The position numbers and the translations under genes were made by a program. Shown piece by piece: positions 38,017 through 50,994 of a stretch of 64,000 bases of DNA (position 1 is the first letter of the stretch; each line of letters opens with the position of its first letter). The notes below the pieces were generated by a model. The model worked only from the letters and a program-made list of their open reading frames with translations, did not search any database and had not been told where the DNA came from. The stretch comes from Massalongia carnosa (lineage: Eukaryota): positions 1,612,001 through 1,676,000 of the forward strand of contig OZ287082.1 of the NCBI GenBank assembly GCA_965645245.1, written 5' to 3'.

Positions 38017-39144
38017 GATGATGTGTAAAGTCAATCTGTAGTCGGTTTGTGAACTAGACACGATGAATAAAGTAGCGTCGCTGCGCTCTTAGGAATCCAG
38101 AGAAAAAGAAACAAGCTCTCAACTTATATGTACAACGCTTCAACCTTGCAAATAAGATTCACACCTTGAAACAAGCGAACGGGAAGAATAACAACACGTC
38201 CACTCAGAAAAGAGTTTACAACGTTCCCGTTGTTTTTTTGTATATTAGCTTCGCGCCGGGCGGAAGACAAGTTCAAACAAAAAACGAGTTCGCGGCATAG
38301 CTAACTAGCAGATCACAAGCTCTTCGATTTAAATACTCCATAATTTGATGTAAAACGGAATCGAGACCTCTAGTTAGTCTCTTGAAGCACGAATCACCTC
38401 GAAATAAGAACATGATTGCTTGTGTTGAAACTGTGACCGCGGCAGGCGAAATGATGGATAGATTTATTATTGATACAGACTTCTCTTGTCGAGATAGATG
38501 TAAATTGCTCTGTCAATTATTTCCACATCAAACGTTGATTGCTCGTTTTAACATCTTCTGCATTATGATGAACTCCGAAGCTTTGACACGAAAGGGGATT
38601 CGTGTGCCGCTCTTTTCGTCACCCACGTGTCTGTACAGAGTCTGTGCTCCGTACTAAGGATAGTTTCTTTGACGCGTGAGTCATAACGGTTCGGAGCAAG
38701 TTGACTGCGCCCGTGGCTAACTTAGCACGGAGTAAGTACGCCGTGCCCGGAGTAAGTACGCCGTGCCCGGAGTCATACGATTATTCCCCGAACGTTGTTT
38801 GCAATGATGATTCGGCACTTATAGACGGTGCACAGGGAGCTCGGGGCACAAATGGGGCGGACATTCCAGAATTGCCAATGAAGCTTTCTGCGGACTTTGG
38901 GTAGCCGAACTCTAAAAAGCAGCTTCATCATGTCGTCTTCTTTCATAAGTCACAGAATAGAGAACTCTTACACTCAAGATAACATCATTCAGTCGTTAAT
39001 AGAGTATGTGTCAAACTACGATTCTCGTTACATCAACTCATCCTCATACATTAGCTCTTAGTCGTCCAGCCTTGAAATTTAGTTGTACGTCTTGAGTTTG
39101 CCTTTTCAAGGTAGATGTAAGGTAAGATGATGATTGGCCTCCCG

Positions 39145-40093
39145 TAAGACCTCGTCGGCGAGCTCATCCTCGTCGACATCGACCAACACCGCTGCCGCGC
39201 GCAAATTCTCGACTTCTCCGATGCCTCCTATCTCTCTCACGAACGAGTCAAGCACGGGGATCATGGTTCTGCAGGTCAAGCAGATATCATCATAATTACA
39301 GCGGGCGCTAAGCAGAATCCTGGAGAGACAAGGTTGAATCTCGTGGATAGAAACTTCAAGATTCTGAAAAGTGTGCTGGGGGGGATGCAGCCGATTAGGA
39401 AGGATGCGGTTCTACTGCTTGTGGCGAATCCCGTGGCTGGCTTGACACATTTTGCGCAGGAACCTTCGGGACTGCCGAGAGAGCAGGTGTTGGGGAGTGG
39501 CATATTGCTTGATTCTATCAGACTGAGGAGTCAGATTGCTGAGAAGCTAGGAGTGAGTTGCTCGGTGTCCCGTTGAAGATTAGAGGGCTGATGGCGGTGT
39601 AGGTCGCAGACTCAAATATCAGTGCACATATCCTCGGCGAGCATGGAGACTCTCAATTCGTACGTCCCACCTTTCCCTTCCTTTGCCGCTCTACTCCCAC
39701 GGAGCTCAGGTCCACTGGTCAGCCGTCTCTGTCGCCGGTGCTCCACTCTCCTCTCTCCTCACGCTCACCCTTGACGAACGTCAAACTATCGCAACAACCA
39801 CCAAGTCTAAAGCCATAGACATCATCGCCTCCAAAGGCTTCACCGCCTACGGCATCAGTGCAGCAGCGACCTCGATCTGTGAAGCTATCGTCTACGATCA
39901 GCATCAGATCTTCCCACTCAGTCACTGGCAAGAGGATTTACAGTGCTGTTTGAGTCTTCCAGCGGTTCGGGGGAGGTCAGGCATTGTGAAGAGAGTGAAG
40001 ATACAGTTGAATGAGGAAGAGAGAAGGCTCCTTACAGAGTCGGCGAAGCAGTTGAGGAGTGTGATTGAGCATTTTTTGAAGAATCATTCGTAG
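39145..40093 (+). pseudogene. ldh: L-lactate dehydrogenase, 5'-truncated
   Basis: ELILVDID, ADIIIITAGAKQNPGETRLNL, LVANPV, LDSIR, ILGEHGDSQF, IIASKGFTAYGI; introns 39553-39602 and 39660-39709. No GxGxxG exon found upstream. Confidence 0.85.
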
Positions 40094-40679
40094 CTCGATT
40101 TATGAAAGGATTGAGATGATGTTTGAGTCGAGCAAAGTGGAAGAATCTGGCAAAAAGTGACTGACTATTGTGGATTGATGAACATGTGAAACTCTGCTAA
40201 ACACGAAAACCAAATTGCCTTTACCGCATTTCTAATCCAACACGTTCTTTAGGAAACCGGATACCCCATGATTGAATCCGGGTTGCTTGAGCGAGCTGAT
40301 GAGACAGTAAGATTTATAGTCATCAAAGTTAGACCCGACGTAAGTGGTCTTATCCCTCTCGCTGGTACACGGGCATCCCCCCCCCCCCTTCAAGCTAACC
40401 ATTGTTGGCTAGAAAGTGCTAAATCTTAAAATATCTACTCAATCAGTTTGAACTTGACTGATCCTATTTACAAGAAGTACAAATTTTCAACTACTTCAAT
40501 TATTCGTCTCAATTCATATGAATAACTTTTCAACAGCTAGATTTTCTACAGCAGGACCTGATTTAATGACAATCTTCACAAGTTCATGTAATCTGAACAT
40601 TTCTTCGTATTCTTTTCCGTTCATTAACATTTCTTTTCCAATCATTGACTTTTCTTTTCGTCTCGAAAATCGTGCCAGA

Positions 40680-43600
40680 GGGTTTGAGAAAACTCGACTG
40701 ACCGCATAGGATCCGATGTTTCGATCGTCTAACTTGACGGTGGGTCTCGCTGTCTGAAGATTCTTTGTGTTTAACCATACCATATCACCCACTTTATAGC
40801 GGGGGCATGGTCGGCGGTTTGCATTGGCAGTGGATTCATAGATGGCTTGAGCGATTAACATTTCATCATGAAGATGAGTTTCTAAGTCTCTCATCCTGTC
40901 CGCGAACTTACTAGCTGCGATCAGATTATTTCGACTTTGAGCGGTAATGTCCGTCGGGAGAGGCTCGGAGGGTTCGAATCCTATACGGGGGTGTTGACCA
41001 GAATTTGCTAGAAATGGCGAAGCAAGAGTTGTGGAAGAGTCCGTATTATTAGCCGCGAATTCGGCGCCTGGTAGCCACTTGGCCCAATCATCCTGCATAT
41101 GGTTGACATAGGCTCTAAGGTAATGCTCCATGGAGGCGTTGGCTCGTTCTGTCTGGCCATCGGTTTCCGGGTGGTATCCGGTGGACAACCGTGCGTCGAT
41201 TTTTAGCCGCTTACACAGCAATTCCCATAGTTCCGATACGAACTGCTAACCTCGATCTGATACGAGAACATCAGGTAGGCCATGATGCTTCCATACATTC
41301 TGATAAAAGGCATCTACGGCTTCTTCGACTTCCATGGATGTGACTGGAGCCAGATGGCGCATCTTGATTAGGCGATCTATGAAAACTAGAATGTACCGAT
41401 AGGTGATTCCCATGAAGGTGCTGGCCGAGAGGGGTCCGACATAATCCATAGCAACATCGCGCCAGCGACGCTCAGGTGGAGGTAAGGGCCTAAGCCACCC
41501 CTGATAACGTTCACGGGAGGGTTTGGCTCTTTTGCAGACATGGCAGTTTCTGACGAATCGTTGCACCGTTTTGTGCATGCTAGGCCACCAATAAGAGCGA
41601 CTGATGAGTTCATAACATTTGGCACGGCCTGGGTGTCCACCTGCGACACTATTGTGAGCGAGTTGTAGGATTCTTAGGCGAAGGCTATCTGATTTGGGTA
41701 CGTATTGTCGATTTCTGAAGTACAAAATCCCATTTCTGTCTTCGCACTCTACTAGTTGTATACCGCTATGATATCTCGATCCGTTTCGAAGCATTTCTAG
41801 AACACGGGGTGAAAACTTATCTCTATCCAGGGCTCGGTTCCAAAGGTCCTGAGTGGCCACGTCCATTGGGTCATCGTCGGGGTTTAGCTGATCAGTAACT
41901 AAGTCTAGTTGTGGTTCTTCATGATCCGTCTCTGTGTCATCATCCTCGTCAAGATCTTGTTCTTGATCAAGAATAGCAGGAGCGAGCACTATGGGGTCTG
42001 GGGAGGTTCTAACCACGGTTGAATTGAAGCTCTCGGCTACTCCGTCGTCTAGGTTATGCGTTTTCAGTATCGTCTGATGCTGAAATGAGTTCCGCTCATC
42101 GGTTTCATCCCCTTCTTCAGGGAGGTCTCCTAACCGTCGAGTTAGGGCATCCGGTTTACCGCCGGCTATCCCAGGTCGGTAGACTATCTTATAGTCGAAT
42201 CGAGATAGAAACTCACTCCATCGAGCCTGGCGCCAACTCAAAAGCTTGGTAGAGGTGAAATATTTCAGGTTCTTATGGTCTGAAATAACATCGATGGGTT
42301 GGGCGGAGCCTTCTAGTTCAGGTCTCCATTCCTCGAAAACTCGAACTACAGCCATGAGTTCTTTGTCATAGATCTCATAGTTACACTCGGCATGGTTATG
42401 CTTTTTCGAGAAGTATGCGACGGGACGCAAGATATCTTTTTCATCATATTGCGATAGGATACCCGCCGATACAAAGTCGGAGGCGTCCGTTTCGACCACG
42501 ATTTTCTTGTCTGGATCAAAGTGCATGAGAATAAGATCGGAGGTAAATGCTTTTTTCATCGTATTGAAGGCTTGCTGACAATCGCTAGTCCAGGCGAATT
42601 TCCCTTCTTGGTTAGGTTCGTCAACGGCGAGGCTATTTTACTGAACCCCAATACGAAATGCCTGTAGAAATTGGCGAATCCTAGGAAAGCTTTGAACATC
42701 CCTAACGTTAACGGGCGCAGGCCAATTGATGACGGTATCGATCTTGGCAGGATCCATCTTGACTCCCTTAGTAGTGACGATGAGACCCAAATAGGGGACC
42801 TCGGTGACTCCGAAGGCGCACTTGGTGATGTCCGCTTGGAGTCCGGCCTCTCTGAGTTTGACAAGGACTTGTTTTACATGTAGGTCATGCTCGATTTCGT
42901 CATCACTATAGATGAGGATGTCATCTAGATACGCGGTGCAGAATCTATCTAGGTATTCCCTCAGGGTGTCATTGATATAATGTTGAAACGAGGCAGGTCC
43001 GTTGCACAGACCGAAAGGCATGACAAGAAATTCGTAGAGACCGAAACGAGTCCGGAAAGCAGTAAGTTCTTCGTCTCCCTCTTTGATTCTCAGGCGATTG
43101 AATGCTGATATAATATCCAACTTGGTAAATATCTTGGCTTTGCACAAACGGTTGAGGTCTCGGTGATTAGAGGTATTAGATAACGATTTTTTATGGTGAC
43201 AGCGTTTAGTCCTCGGTAGTCGACGCAGAATCGAAGTCCTCCGCCGGGCGTCTTAACAAACATAACCGGGGAGACTGCATGTGAGCGGCTAGATCGAATG
43301 AATCCTTTGGTGAGATTCTCATCTAGATAACGATGAAGTTCCTGGATCTCATCACGACTCATCCCGTAAAGAGCTTGATTAGGTGGTTGCAAACCTTCTT
43401 TTAAGACGATGGCGTGATCATAGGAGCGGTGTTCCGGTAGTTTATCGGACTCCTTTCTGGGAAAGACATCTAGGTAGTCGTGGTGTTGCTTTGGAAGCAG
43501 AGGTGCCGGGACAACGTTCTTTTGCTGCCGAACGTGCTCAAGTTCTTCTTGAGTGACGGAGCTTTCTAGGGTGAGTTCATTGTGGATTCTGCAAATGGCT

Positions 43601-46145
43601 AGGTGCATGTCCTTATCACTTGGACAGGCCTTAGTGTTAAAAGAGGAGAAAACTTGGGTTGCTATTAACTTAATAGATAACCTGGAGCTAGGGCTAGGGG
43701 GTTTTAAAGGCGATTCTATACCTAAGAACTGGTATATTTCTTGGAGGGAGATACTGAATATCTCGTGGTCCTTCTGTCTTGCGAGGCGGTCGAATGTGCC
43801 GGCGCTCACCTCACTGACTCGAAGCTGGGCTGGGTAGGTTGGTGCGGATTCAACCGCGGTTAGTTTACTGGGTAGGGGGTTTGAGGTATGTAGGCGAGGT
43901 GCTAAACGAACGTAGCTCCCGGACCGGTATCGGATCCTAGGGGAGACGTCTTTTTACATGACGGTTAGGATTCGACTGGGACCATCTTCAGCCTGAAAGT
44001 CAAATTTCAATGGTTCTGTTTGACTAGATTGCAGAATGGCTTCTTGATCTTTAGTCTCCCATACCTTCTGACTTTCGGCAGGCATAAGGAACTGTTCTTC
44101 CTCGGCGGTGGTTGAATGAACCATAACGGGGCCGGAACAGCAATGTGCTAGGCAAAATGGGGAGGATAATGACAGGTTATTATTGGCGAAGTTAGTGATA
44201 GCGCCATGTCGACGCAGCCATGGGTGTCCTAGGACGATGGGGTAATGTCTTAATCCGGTCACATATAGGAACAGTTTCTCTATGTGTCCATTGAGATCCA
44301 TGGTTACTTCTACCACATGGGTGATGTTTCCGGTCAGAGCAGGCTGACCATCGAAACCTAGGAGTCGGCGAGGGTATTTAAGGGGGCGAAGGGGGAATTG
44401 ATGAAGGTGCGCGAATTCTTTGTCGATGAATGAGTAACCTGATGCACCACAGTCCACGAAAATTAAAGCTCTTATCCTTGCTTGCAGACGACGTAATATA
44501 CATGAGACAACCATCTGGCTGTCTTTGAAAGTTTCATCGTTTTCAAACAAGGTCAAAGCGGACGCTGCAGAAAACTGAGCGTTGGACATTAGGGGGGGTG
44601 AAAATGATGCAGAAAGGAGACATGCAGAAATCAATAAATCAGACTTTCGAAGCCCTCGTATGCGACTGAATACGGGGGGAAGGCTTTTCCCGCTGCATCG
44701 TCAGATGCGTCGGAGTCGTTGTAAAGGACAAGAGACCGAATAGTAGACGGGGCCTTCTTGTTGGGACAGTCGATTGCGGTCTTCCCAGGGTGCGATTGCT
44801 TACAGTAGAAGCATAGTCTCCATTGCTCGCAGATTTCCTTGACTCCGGGGACTTTCAGGCATTGGCCCTTACAGCGGCCATGGCGGAGCTGAGGTCTATC
44901 GGATCCCCTGCGGGAAGAGAAGGAACCGCAGCAGGGGTGACGGCTGGAGCGACGACGATGATGGAGGAGCGGGGGGCAGGACTCCTGACAACGGCAGTGG
45001 TGGTGGCGACGGATGCCCCATTTTTAGTTGAGGAGTTGCTAATTGATGCTCCAGAGACTTGGTGTGGCGAGATATGCCTGATTTGACGAATTTTCAATCC
45101 GTTTGGGGCCCACATTGCAACATGTTCGTCGAAGGTGACGGGCTCCTGGTTGGTTCCGGGGATTCGATAATGGATGGCCGCTGTTTGGGTGGTATAGTTG
45201 ATGTTGGCCTTCATCGCATCGATGAGGGAGGCGTCTTCCATTCTAGATCGTTCCTTCTTCTGAGAGAAAAGGTTGTAATATTCCTCAAAGGTTAGGTTAC
45301 CCTGTTTCAGGGTGTCTCGCAAATATTCACGGGCATCCTCTTGCTCGAAAGGGTTACCACAGGCCAGACGAAGTTTCGCTCTCCAGTCCGAAATCGAGGT
45401 TGGGCGGCATAAGCCATCTATCCGGTATGGAGTCATGAGCAGATGGGCTCGCTTGTTGATGGTGAGTCTGCTCTCCGCATAAGCTATCTTAGCCTCATCG
45501 GAAAAGTATCGGTCATGGTTAATGTGCATTTTTTGAATTAGATTCTGTTCCCAAGCATCGAGTTTGTCCTCGTCACCGTCATACTCCGGTATGTCAGGAA
45601 GTTTCTCGGACCTGGGCGGAAACGCTGGTCGTTTCATTAGCTGTTCTATAATGGCGGCCGGAACGGAAGGAGAAGGATTTGATGACGGGGTTGCCAATAA
45701 TGGGTTGGAAGACGTTTGATTAATGGCTGGAGGAACCGCGTTTCGAATCTCAGCTAATTGTCGTTCCAGGTCTCGATAGGCGGCGATGAACTCGTCCGGG
45801 TTATTGCTGACATGTTCTCGCTCCTTTTGGGCTACCTCAGATTCCTGAGGCAGATTTGCGGTTTCTTCTTGAAAAGACATGATTAACAAACGTTATAGGG
45901 GATAGAGAAAACAAAGAAACACTTGAATGTAGGTCGGACGTAATTTCACGGACAAGGTCCAGATAGGGAGATATGCAAGAGTTACTATCAGAAAGCTAGG
46001 TCTAGGGATAGTATAAAAGACGTCCGACGAAGAGCTCCAAACACCTGAGAAGCCACATAGGTTTTATAGCCATGCAGTCACGGCAAGAGAGCCTGTTAAA
46101 TACTAACCCGATCAGGAAACGTGGGAGCGAGGTAATTCCATGACA
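40680..46145 (-). mobile_element. Decayed Ty3/Gypsy retrotransposon, 3'-truncated
   Basis: Gag 45889-44855; [63 protein letters not shown]. Frameshifts and stops present; 5' LTR at ~45944-46145; no 3' LTR. Confidence 0.92.
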
Positions 46146-46819
46146 TAAACATCGAAGAACGTCTTTTTACAGCGATGACACGATTTACAGAAAACGAATT
46201 TGAACTCTTACTTCGTCGAAAGTCAATCATTTCAGAAATTCGAGAAATCGTCGACGAATTAAAGATAATTGAATTTTTAATTATTGAAAATCTTCGACAA
46301 CTGAAGACATGAATAAAGCACGACGCACGACGCGCAAATCGTGTTTGATATTGTTGAAATAGGTATATGACTATGGCTATATGGCTATGTTCTATGACCC
46401 TTATCGGTGCCGTTACCTTCGCTTGCGCTGGGAGGGGCTTTTAATTGGATGAATTGATTTGAATGCTTGAATTTGATTGGGCATGGGAACGACACAGGTC
46501 AGCCCGGGCAGGCCTAGGCACGTGACTCGGGGTCGGTGCTGAGGTGAGAACCTCATCTTCTAGGCCCGAGGCGTCTGCTGACGCTCAACGATCCGATAGA
46601 TGATGCCCGACGGCAGTGCCCGACGGCGATGATCTAGATGGAGGTGCCCGGCGGCGCTCCGGATCGATGCCCTGGTTGACCTGTACGCCCAATGGAATGC
46701 CCAATTGAGTAGGGGTAGGAGTTTGTAGGATTCGTCTCGGCGACGACAGCACGTGGGACTGCCAGAGGGATGCCTTTTTGAAAACTGAGGTTCAAATTGA
46801 ATAGTGAGGCCTGGGACGT

Positions 46820-47797
46820 CTAAAAGTATAGCTGAAACGCGTTTGATGACCATCTTCCGAGTCTCTGAATACTCTCGTCCAGCATCCCGTGGTCGGCGGC
46901 GTGTTGTGCTGCTCCTTTTCTGAAGCTGTGTCCCGAGTATGCCGAGTCGTTGATGCCGGCGGCTATCAGTCTCTTTTTCAGGGATGCTATGACGGAGGCT
47001 CTGGTGAATGCGGTGCCGAGACGAAAAAGCGGGGATGTAGATGGCTGAGGATCATTTCTGAAAAGACGCCGTAGTGCTGTCACGGGGCAAGTGCTCTCAT
47101 TGGTCGCTGCCAGCACTATCTGAACTCCTGAGTGATTTGTGTCTGTTTTGCTTCTTTTGAGACGTAATGTCGCGAATTGATCGTTCTCGGCGAATGAGAT
47201 GTCACCTCGTGTAGGTTTCAATCTCTGAAAAGATGTCTTCTTACGATCGGCGACAGTGTAGGTGATTTGCCCGAGTCTGAGGAACCCTGCCCATGCAACT
47301 TTGAATGTCGCGTCGATGTTGAGGTCTTCGGCCGAATGAGCGGGAATACTGGTGATTTTTGTCAGTAATTCTTTTGAAATGGGTAGGCGTCTTCTTTTTG
47401 TCTGAGAAAAGATCCTTTTCCCCCCTTTCAGCATCAATTGAAGTCTCGGCCCCTCGAATGGGGTGAGGCCGTATCCTCGGTCTACATGGTATGATCTGAG
47501 GCCGGCGAGGTAGCTCGCTGCCGTCTCTGGTTTTATCTTTCCCTGCTTGGGTGTGCCGCCCCCGTATAGTCGACCGGCTAGCCATTCCTCGAGGGACTCG
47601 GTTGTTGCAGGCCACGACGTGCGTCCCGTCGTCGCGCAGAATGCCTCGTATGAGTCGATCGCCGTCCCGTACCCTTTTCTCGTGTCCGCCGAGTGTCCGT
47701 GCCAGACGAGGCGTTTTACCAGGGCTGACCCTGGTGTGGAGGATAGGTAGGTGGAGGGAGGTTCATCGAATTGTATGGGTTCTGCCAATGAGGGCAA
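46820..47797 (-). CDS. Tyrosine recombinase
   Basis: AGFLR, LKRSKTD, TCPV, GHSFRKG, LGRWSS and LY cover the catalytic R-K-H-R-W-Y set. The TAG may be premature, since the frame continues TSQASLFNLNLSFQKG. Confidence 0.92.
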   Translation of the reverse strand: MPSLAEPIQFDEPPSTYLSSTPGSALVKRLVWHGHSADTRKGYGTAIDSYEAFCATTGRTSWPATTESLEEWLAGRLYGGGTPKQGKIKPETAASYLAGLRSYHVDRGYGLTPFEGPRLQLMLKGGKRIFSQTKRRRLPISKELLTKITSIPAHSAEDLNIDATFKVAWAGFLRLGQITYTVADRKKTSFQRLKPTRGDISFAENDQFATLRLKRSKTDTNHSGVQIVLAATNESTCPVTALRRLFRNDPQPSTSPLFRLGTAFTRASVIASLKKRLIAAGINDSAYSGHSFRKGAAQHAADHGMLDESIQRLGRWSSNAFQLYF

Positions 47798-49418
47798 AAG
47801 TTAGCCAATCTTTCATCATCAAAACGTGACAGGGCATCTGCTAGTCCATTGGAAGTGCCACTGATCCATTGACAACGTAGTACGATGTCCCACTTTGCAG
47901 CTATGGACAGTATTTCTCGTAGAGGCGCGTTGGCCGGTCCCTTGAGGGTTAGATTCGTGAATCCTGTGTATGCTGTGTTGCTGTCGGTAAAGACAAGGAT
48001 CTGTCGATGTCGCCATGTCGGCGCCCATTTCTGAAGGATTAGAAGGATAGCCTCGACTTCTCGGACGTTTATGCTCGGTGATTCTTCCTGATTGAGGACT
48101 AGGACTCGGGCCTACATGCGTTTTTTTGATTCACGAGCTCGTTGTCTTGTTGAAAATAGCCTCCGAGACCCGTGAGGCATGCATCCGTATGCACCTTGAT
48201 CGTGTCTCGTGTTGACGTCTCGAAGAAGACAATACCGTTGAAGTCCACTAAAAGTTTGTTCCACCAGATGAGATCCTGTCTGACCCATGTGGGAATTCTT
48301 CTTTTGACCCGACGATGACTGCCCGAGGGAAATGAGGCTATAAAATTCCAGAATAATCGTAAGAAGACTCGGCCCAATTTGACTGCCTGTGCGCAGAAGC
48401 TTAGGAAGCCCGCTATTGACTGCATGTCGCCGAGGCTGATTGTCGTCTCGTTTAGTGCCTTTGTAGTGATGATTCTCGCTTTTTCCAGCTTGTCCGCTGG
48501 CAGACGAATAAGACTGTTGATGGTGTCGACCTCGAGTCCGAAGACTGTCGCTGTCGTTCTCTCGGCGTCTTTTGAGTCGTTTCTCGGGATGCCGAGAATG
48601 TCGGTGAGAATGTTGTAGGCTTTTGTTTCTTGGTGCAATCGTTCTGACGATGTCTCGGATGGGAAAATTGCAACGAAGTCGTCTAGATAGTGATGTAATC
48701 TCCATTGTAGAAAGGATTCCAAAATCCAATGAAAGCCTTCCGCAAAAAGATTGAAGATGAACGGGGCCGTCGACAGTCCGAACGAAAGGCATGTCTCGGT
48801 GTAGAATTCGTCATTCCATCCGCAACCCAGAAGCCATTGATGATGAGGTGCGACGGGAACGTTTCGAAAGGCGTCTTTGACGTCTCTTTTCACTATGACA
48901 GCACCTTTGCCCTCTGACAGAATCAATTGAATAATGTCGTCGAGTCTGGCGTATTGTAATTTGGATGCCTCTTCTGGAATATTGTCGTTGACTGATGTTT
49001 GATTGGGATGAGACAGATGATGAATGCGTCGCCATCCTCCGTCATGTTTCGGGACCAAGCCGAGGGGGGAGGCCACAAATGGCTGACTCGGGGCGGCTAT
49101 TCGTCTGACTCGGCCCTTCCTGAGGTCCTCTTGAAGCTTATTCTCGATCGTTTCCGGGTCCTCATTCGCTGATGTCAGATTTTTTTCGATCCGAAGGATG
49201 TCTGTGGGGCCTTCGTATCCGATTTGTACTCCGAAACGAAGGATCATGGGCAGATGGACTCGGAGGGGGCCCGGATACTCTTGAAGTAGGGTTGCCCATG
49301 CGGACGGTACGAGGGGAGATGGGCTGTCTTTCAAACGCTGACGAGATGCGTCTACGAGTTGAAACGAAGGGATTGTATTTGGTCTGATTGGTGCAGGTAA
49401 GCAGGGATGGGACGTCAT
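47718..49418 (-). CDS. DIRS/Ngaro-type RT-RNaseH with one frameshift near 48110
   Basis: SPLGLVPK, WRRIHHLS, DVKDAF, LSFGLSTAP, HYLDDF; RNaseH HTDAC, then in the shifted frame INVRE, FTDS, LADALSR. Confidence 0.9.
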
Positions 49419-49463
49419 GAATTCAGCTATTGAAGCTATTCTACTGCCTCCTGCACCAACCCC

Positions 49464-50477
49464 CTATTTCTTCGTTGGGCATGTCTTCTGGCCATGCCCA
49501 GCCACGCCGCACGATTTGCATTTGTGCTGTCGGTAGCACGACGGCCAGGTGCAGGTGCCGCTGTTGTACTTGTCGCAGATTTCCCCCGCTGCCTTCTCGG
49601 CCCTCTCGGCCCTGTCTCCTCTCGGGGTCGGTCGTCGGGACGGCGGGGATCGTGAGCGGCGACGGCGTAGGACTGTGAGGGGGGTGCAGAATCGAGCTTG
49701 GAATTCGTCGGGCATTTTCCATTGGGATGCGTCGGATGGCTGAGACGCGATGATGTGGGTGTGGGTTTCGATGGCGAGGGGGAGGACTGCTTCCTGCCAC
49801 TCGTACACCTTGGCCAGCGTGAGGATTTTTCCGTGGAATGCCGACATGGTGGCGTGAAGCTGTTGACTCGATTTCCCGAAAAGACTGACCATGATCGAGG
49901 TGTAGTTGATGAAGCTCTCGGTCTAGACGTCATGAACTGTCTTTCCGAAATCTTTGTAGGTCCCGGATGCCTTTCTCAACCTCAAGGCGCCGTCTTCGAT
50001 GCCGATGCGGTCTTGATCCTTGTATGACTCGTATTGCATGCCGTGCATGTGTCGGAGGCGGGAGAGGTTGATGGCTTTGAATTTATTTGAAAAGATCTTG
50101 ATGATCTCGTCCTGTGGTAGGCCCGCGAAACGGGGTGCTATGCTTCTTACTTCGAGAGGGATCTCACCTAGGTCCTCGTCGTCATCGCCGACGACACGAC
50201 TCGGCTTGCCAGCAGGAATGACGGCCGCTATTCGGGCGTCAGATTCTCGGCGCATGCAGTCGATTTCTAGCTGCATTTTTTCCACCTCCTTCTCGGCGAC
50301 CAATGCCTTGGACTCGGCAATTCTAGCCTCAGCCTCGGCCGCCTTCGCTTCCGCCTCGGCTTTCTTCTTTTGTAGGGCGAAGATTTGATTGGATTGGGCC
50401 TGCGTCAAGCCGACAATCTCCTAGGGGTCGGGGACTATGTCGTCCATCAAGGTGCTTTGGGAACGGGTGTTCGTCAT
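49464..50477 (-). pseudogene. Gag-like ORF1 of the YR element with two in-frame TAG stops
   Basis: ATG at 50477 is in frame with ORFs 50408-49923 and 49892-49464; coiled coil; C-terminal CDKYNSGTCTWPSCYRQHKCKSCGVAGHGQKTC zinc fingers. Confidence 0.8.
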
Positions 50478-50994
50478 TGGGAGGTAGGGGCACCGAGACA
50501 ACGTGAGGTCGACGACGAGTCAGTGAGATTGGAAAAGCAGCAAGCACTGACAGCGAGGTAGGGGCACCGAGACAACGTGGGGTCGACGACGAGTCAGTGA
50601 GATGGATGAGGCCGAGTGAGAAGAAGTGAATGAGGAAAGAATTTTCAGAGGGTGATTCTTAATTTACTTTGACTCAGGGGCCTCACGTGACATAGAACCA
50701 TCTCAAATAATAAAGGTTTGTATGACCGTGATTTTAAGGATGAAGAGTTGCTAGGCAGCAATCTTTTCCTATTACTGGTCAACCCCCTTCTAAGCGAGGT
50801 GATCTTATCTTATCTTGGGACTAAGCCTAATGCGGCATCTACGGTTTCCGTAGATGATCTGTCCATTTAGGGCAGCCGTGGGTGCTGTGTTCATTGTACT
50901 GATAGATGTTCATTGTACTAGTAGGAATTGGATATTCAACAGATATGCTTTAGAATTTAAAGAGAACATACACGATTCGATCATTTGTGTTTAA

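Larger units (their letters stand above)
46391..50705 (-). mobile_element. Tyrosine-recombinase retrotransposon (Ngaro-like domain content)
   Basis: gag, RT-RNaseH and YR on the minus strand; no methyltransferase; no TSD; ends defined by the interrupted LTR. Confidence 0.93.
46352..50941 (+). mobile_element. Family X solo LTR split into 46352-46390 and 50706-50941
   Basis: The joined halves align colinearly with 1986-2257; TSD GATAT on both outer flanks. Confidence 0.92.

Noticed and set aside
38380..38480. Fot1-like transposase remnant (IACVETVTAAG)
   Set aside because: Too short and decayed to support.
38728..38772. 20-bp tandem duplication cggagtaagtacgccgtgcc
   Set aside because: Real, but only two copies with no functional context.
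40295..40345. CTGATGAG hammerhead-like core
   Set aside because: No stem II followed by GAAA.
46391..46800. Self-cleaving ribozyme in the YR element trailer
   Set aside because: Short hairpins exist, but I could not build a hammerhead or HDV core by eye; needs an Infernal search.
46820..47797. Starship captain, Crypton or phage integrase
   Set aside because: It is short and follows RT-RNaseH within a 4.3-kb retroelement.
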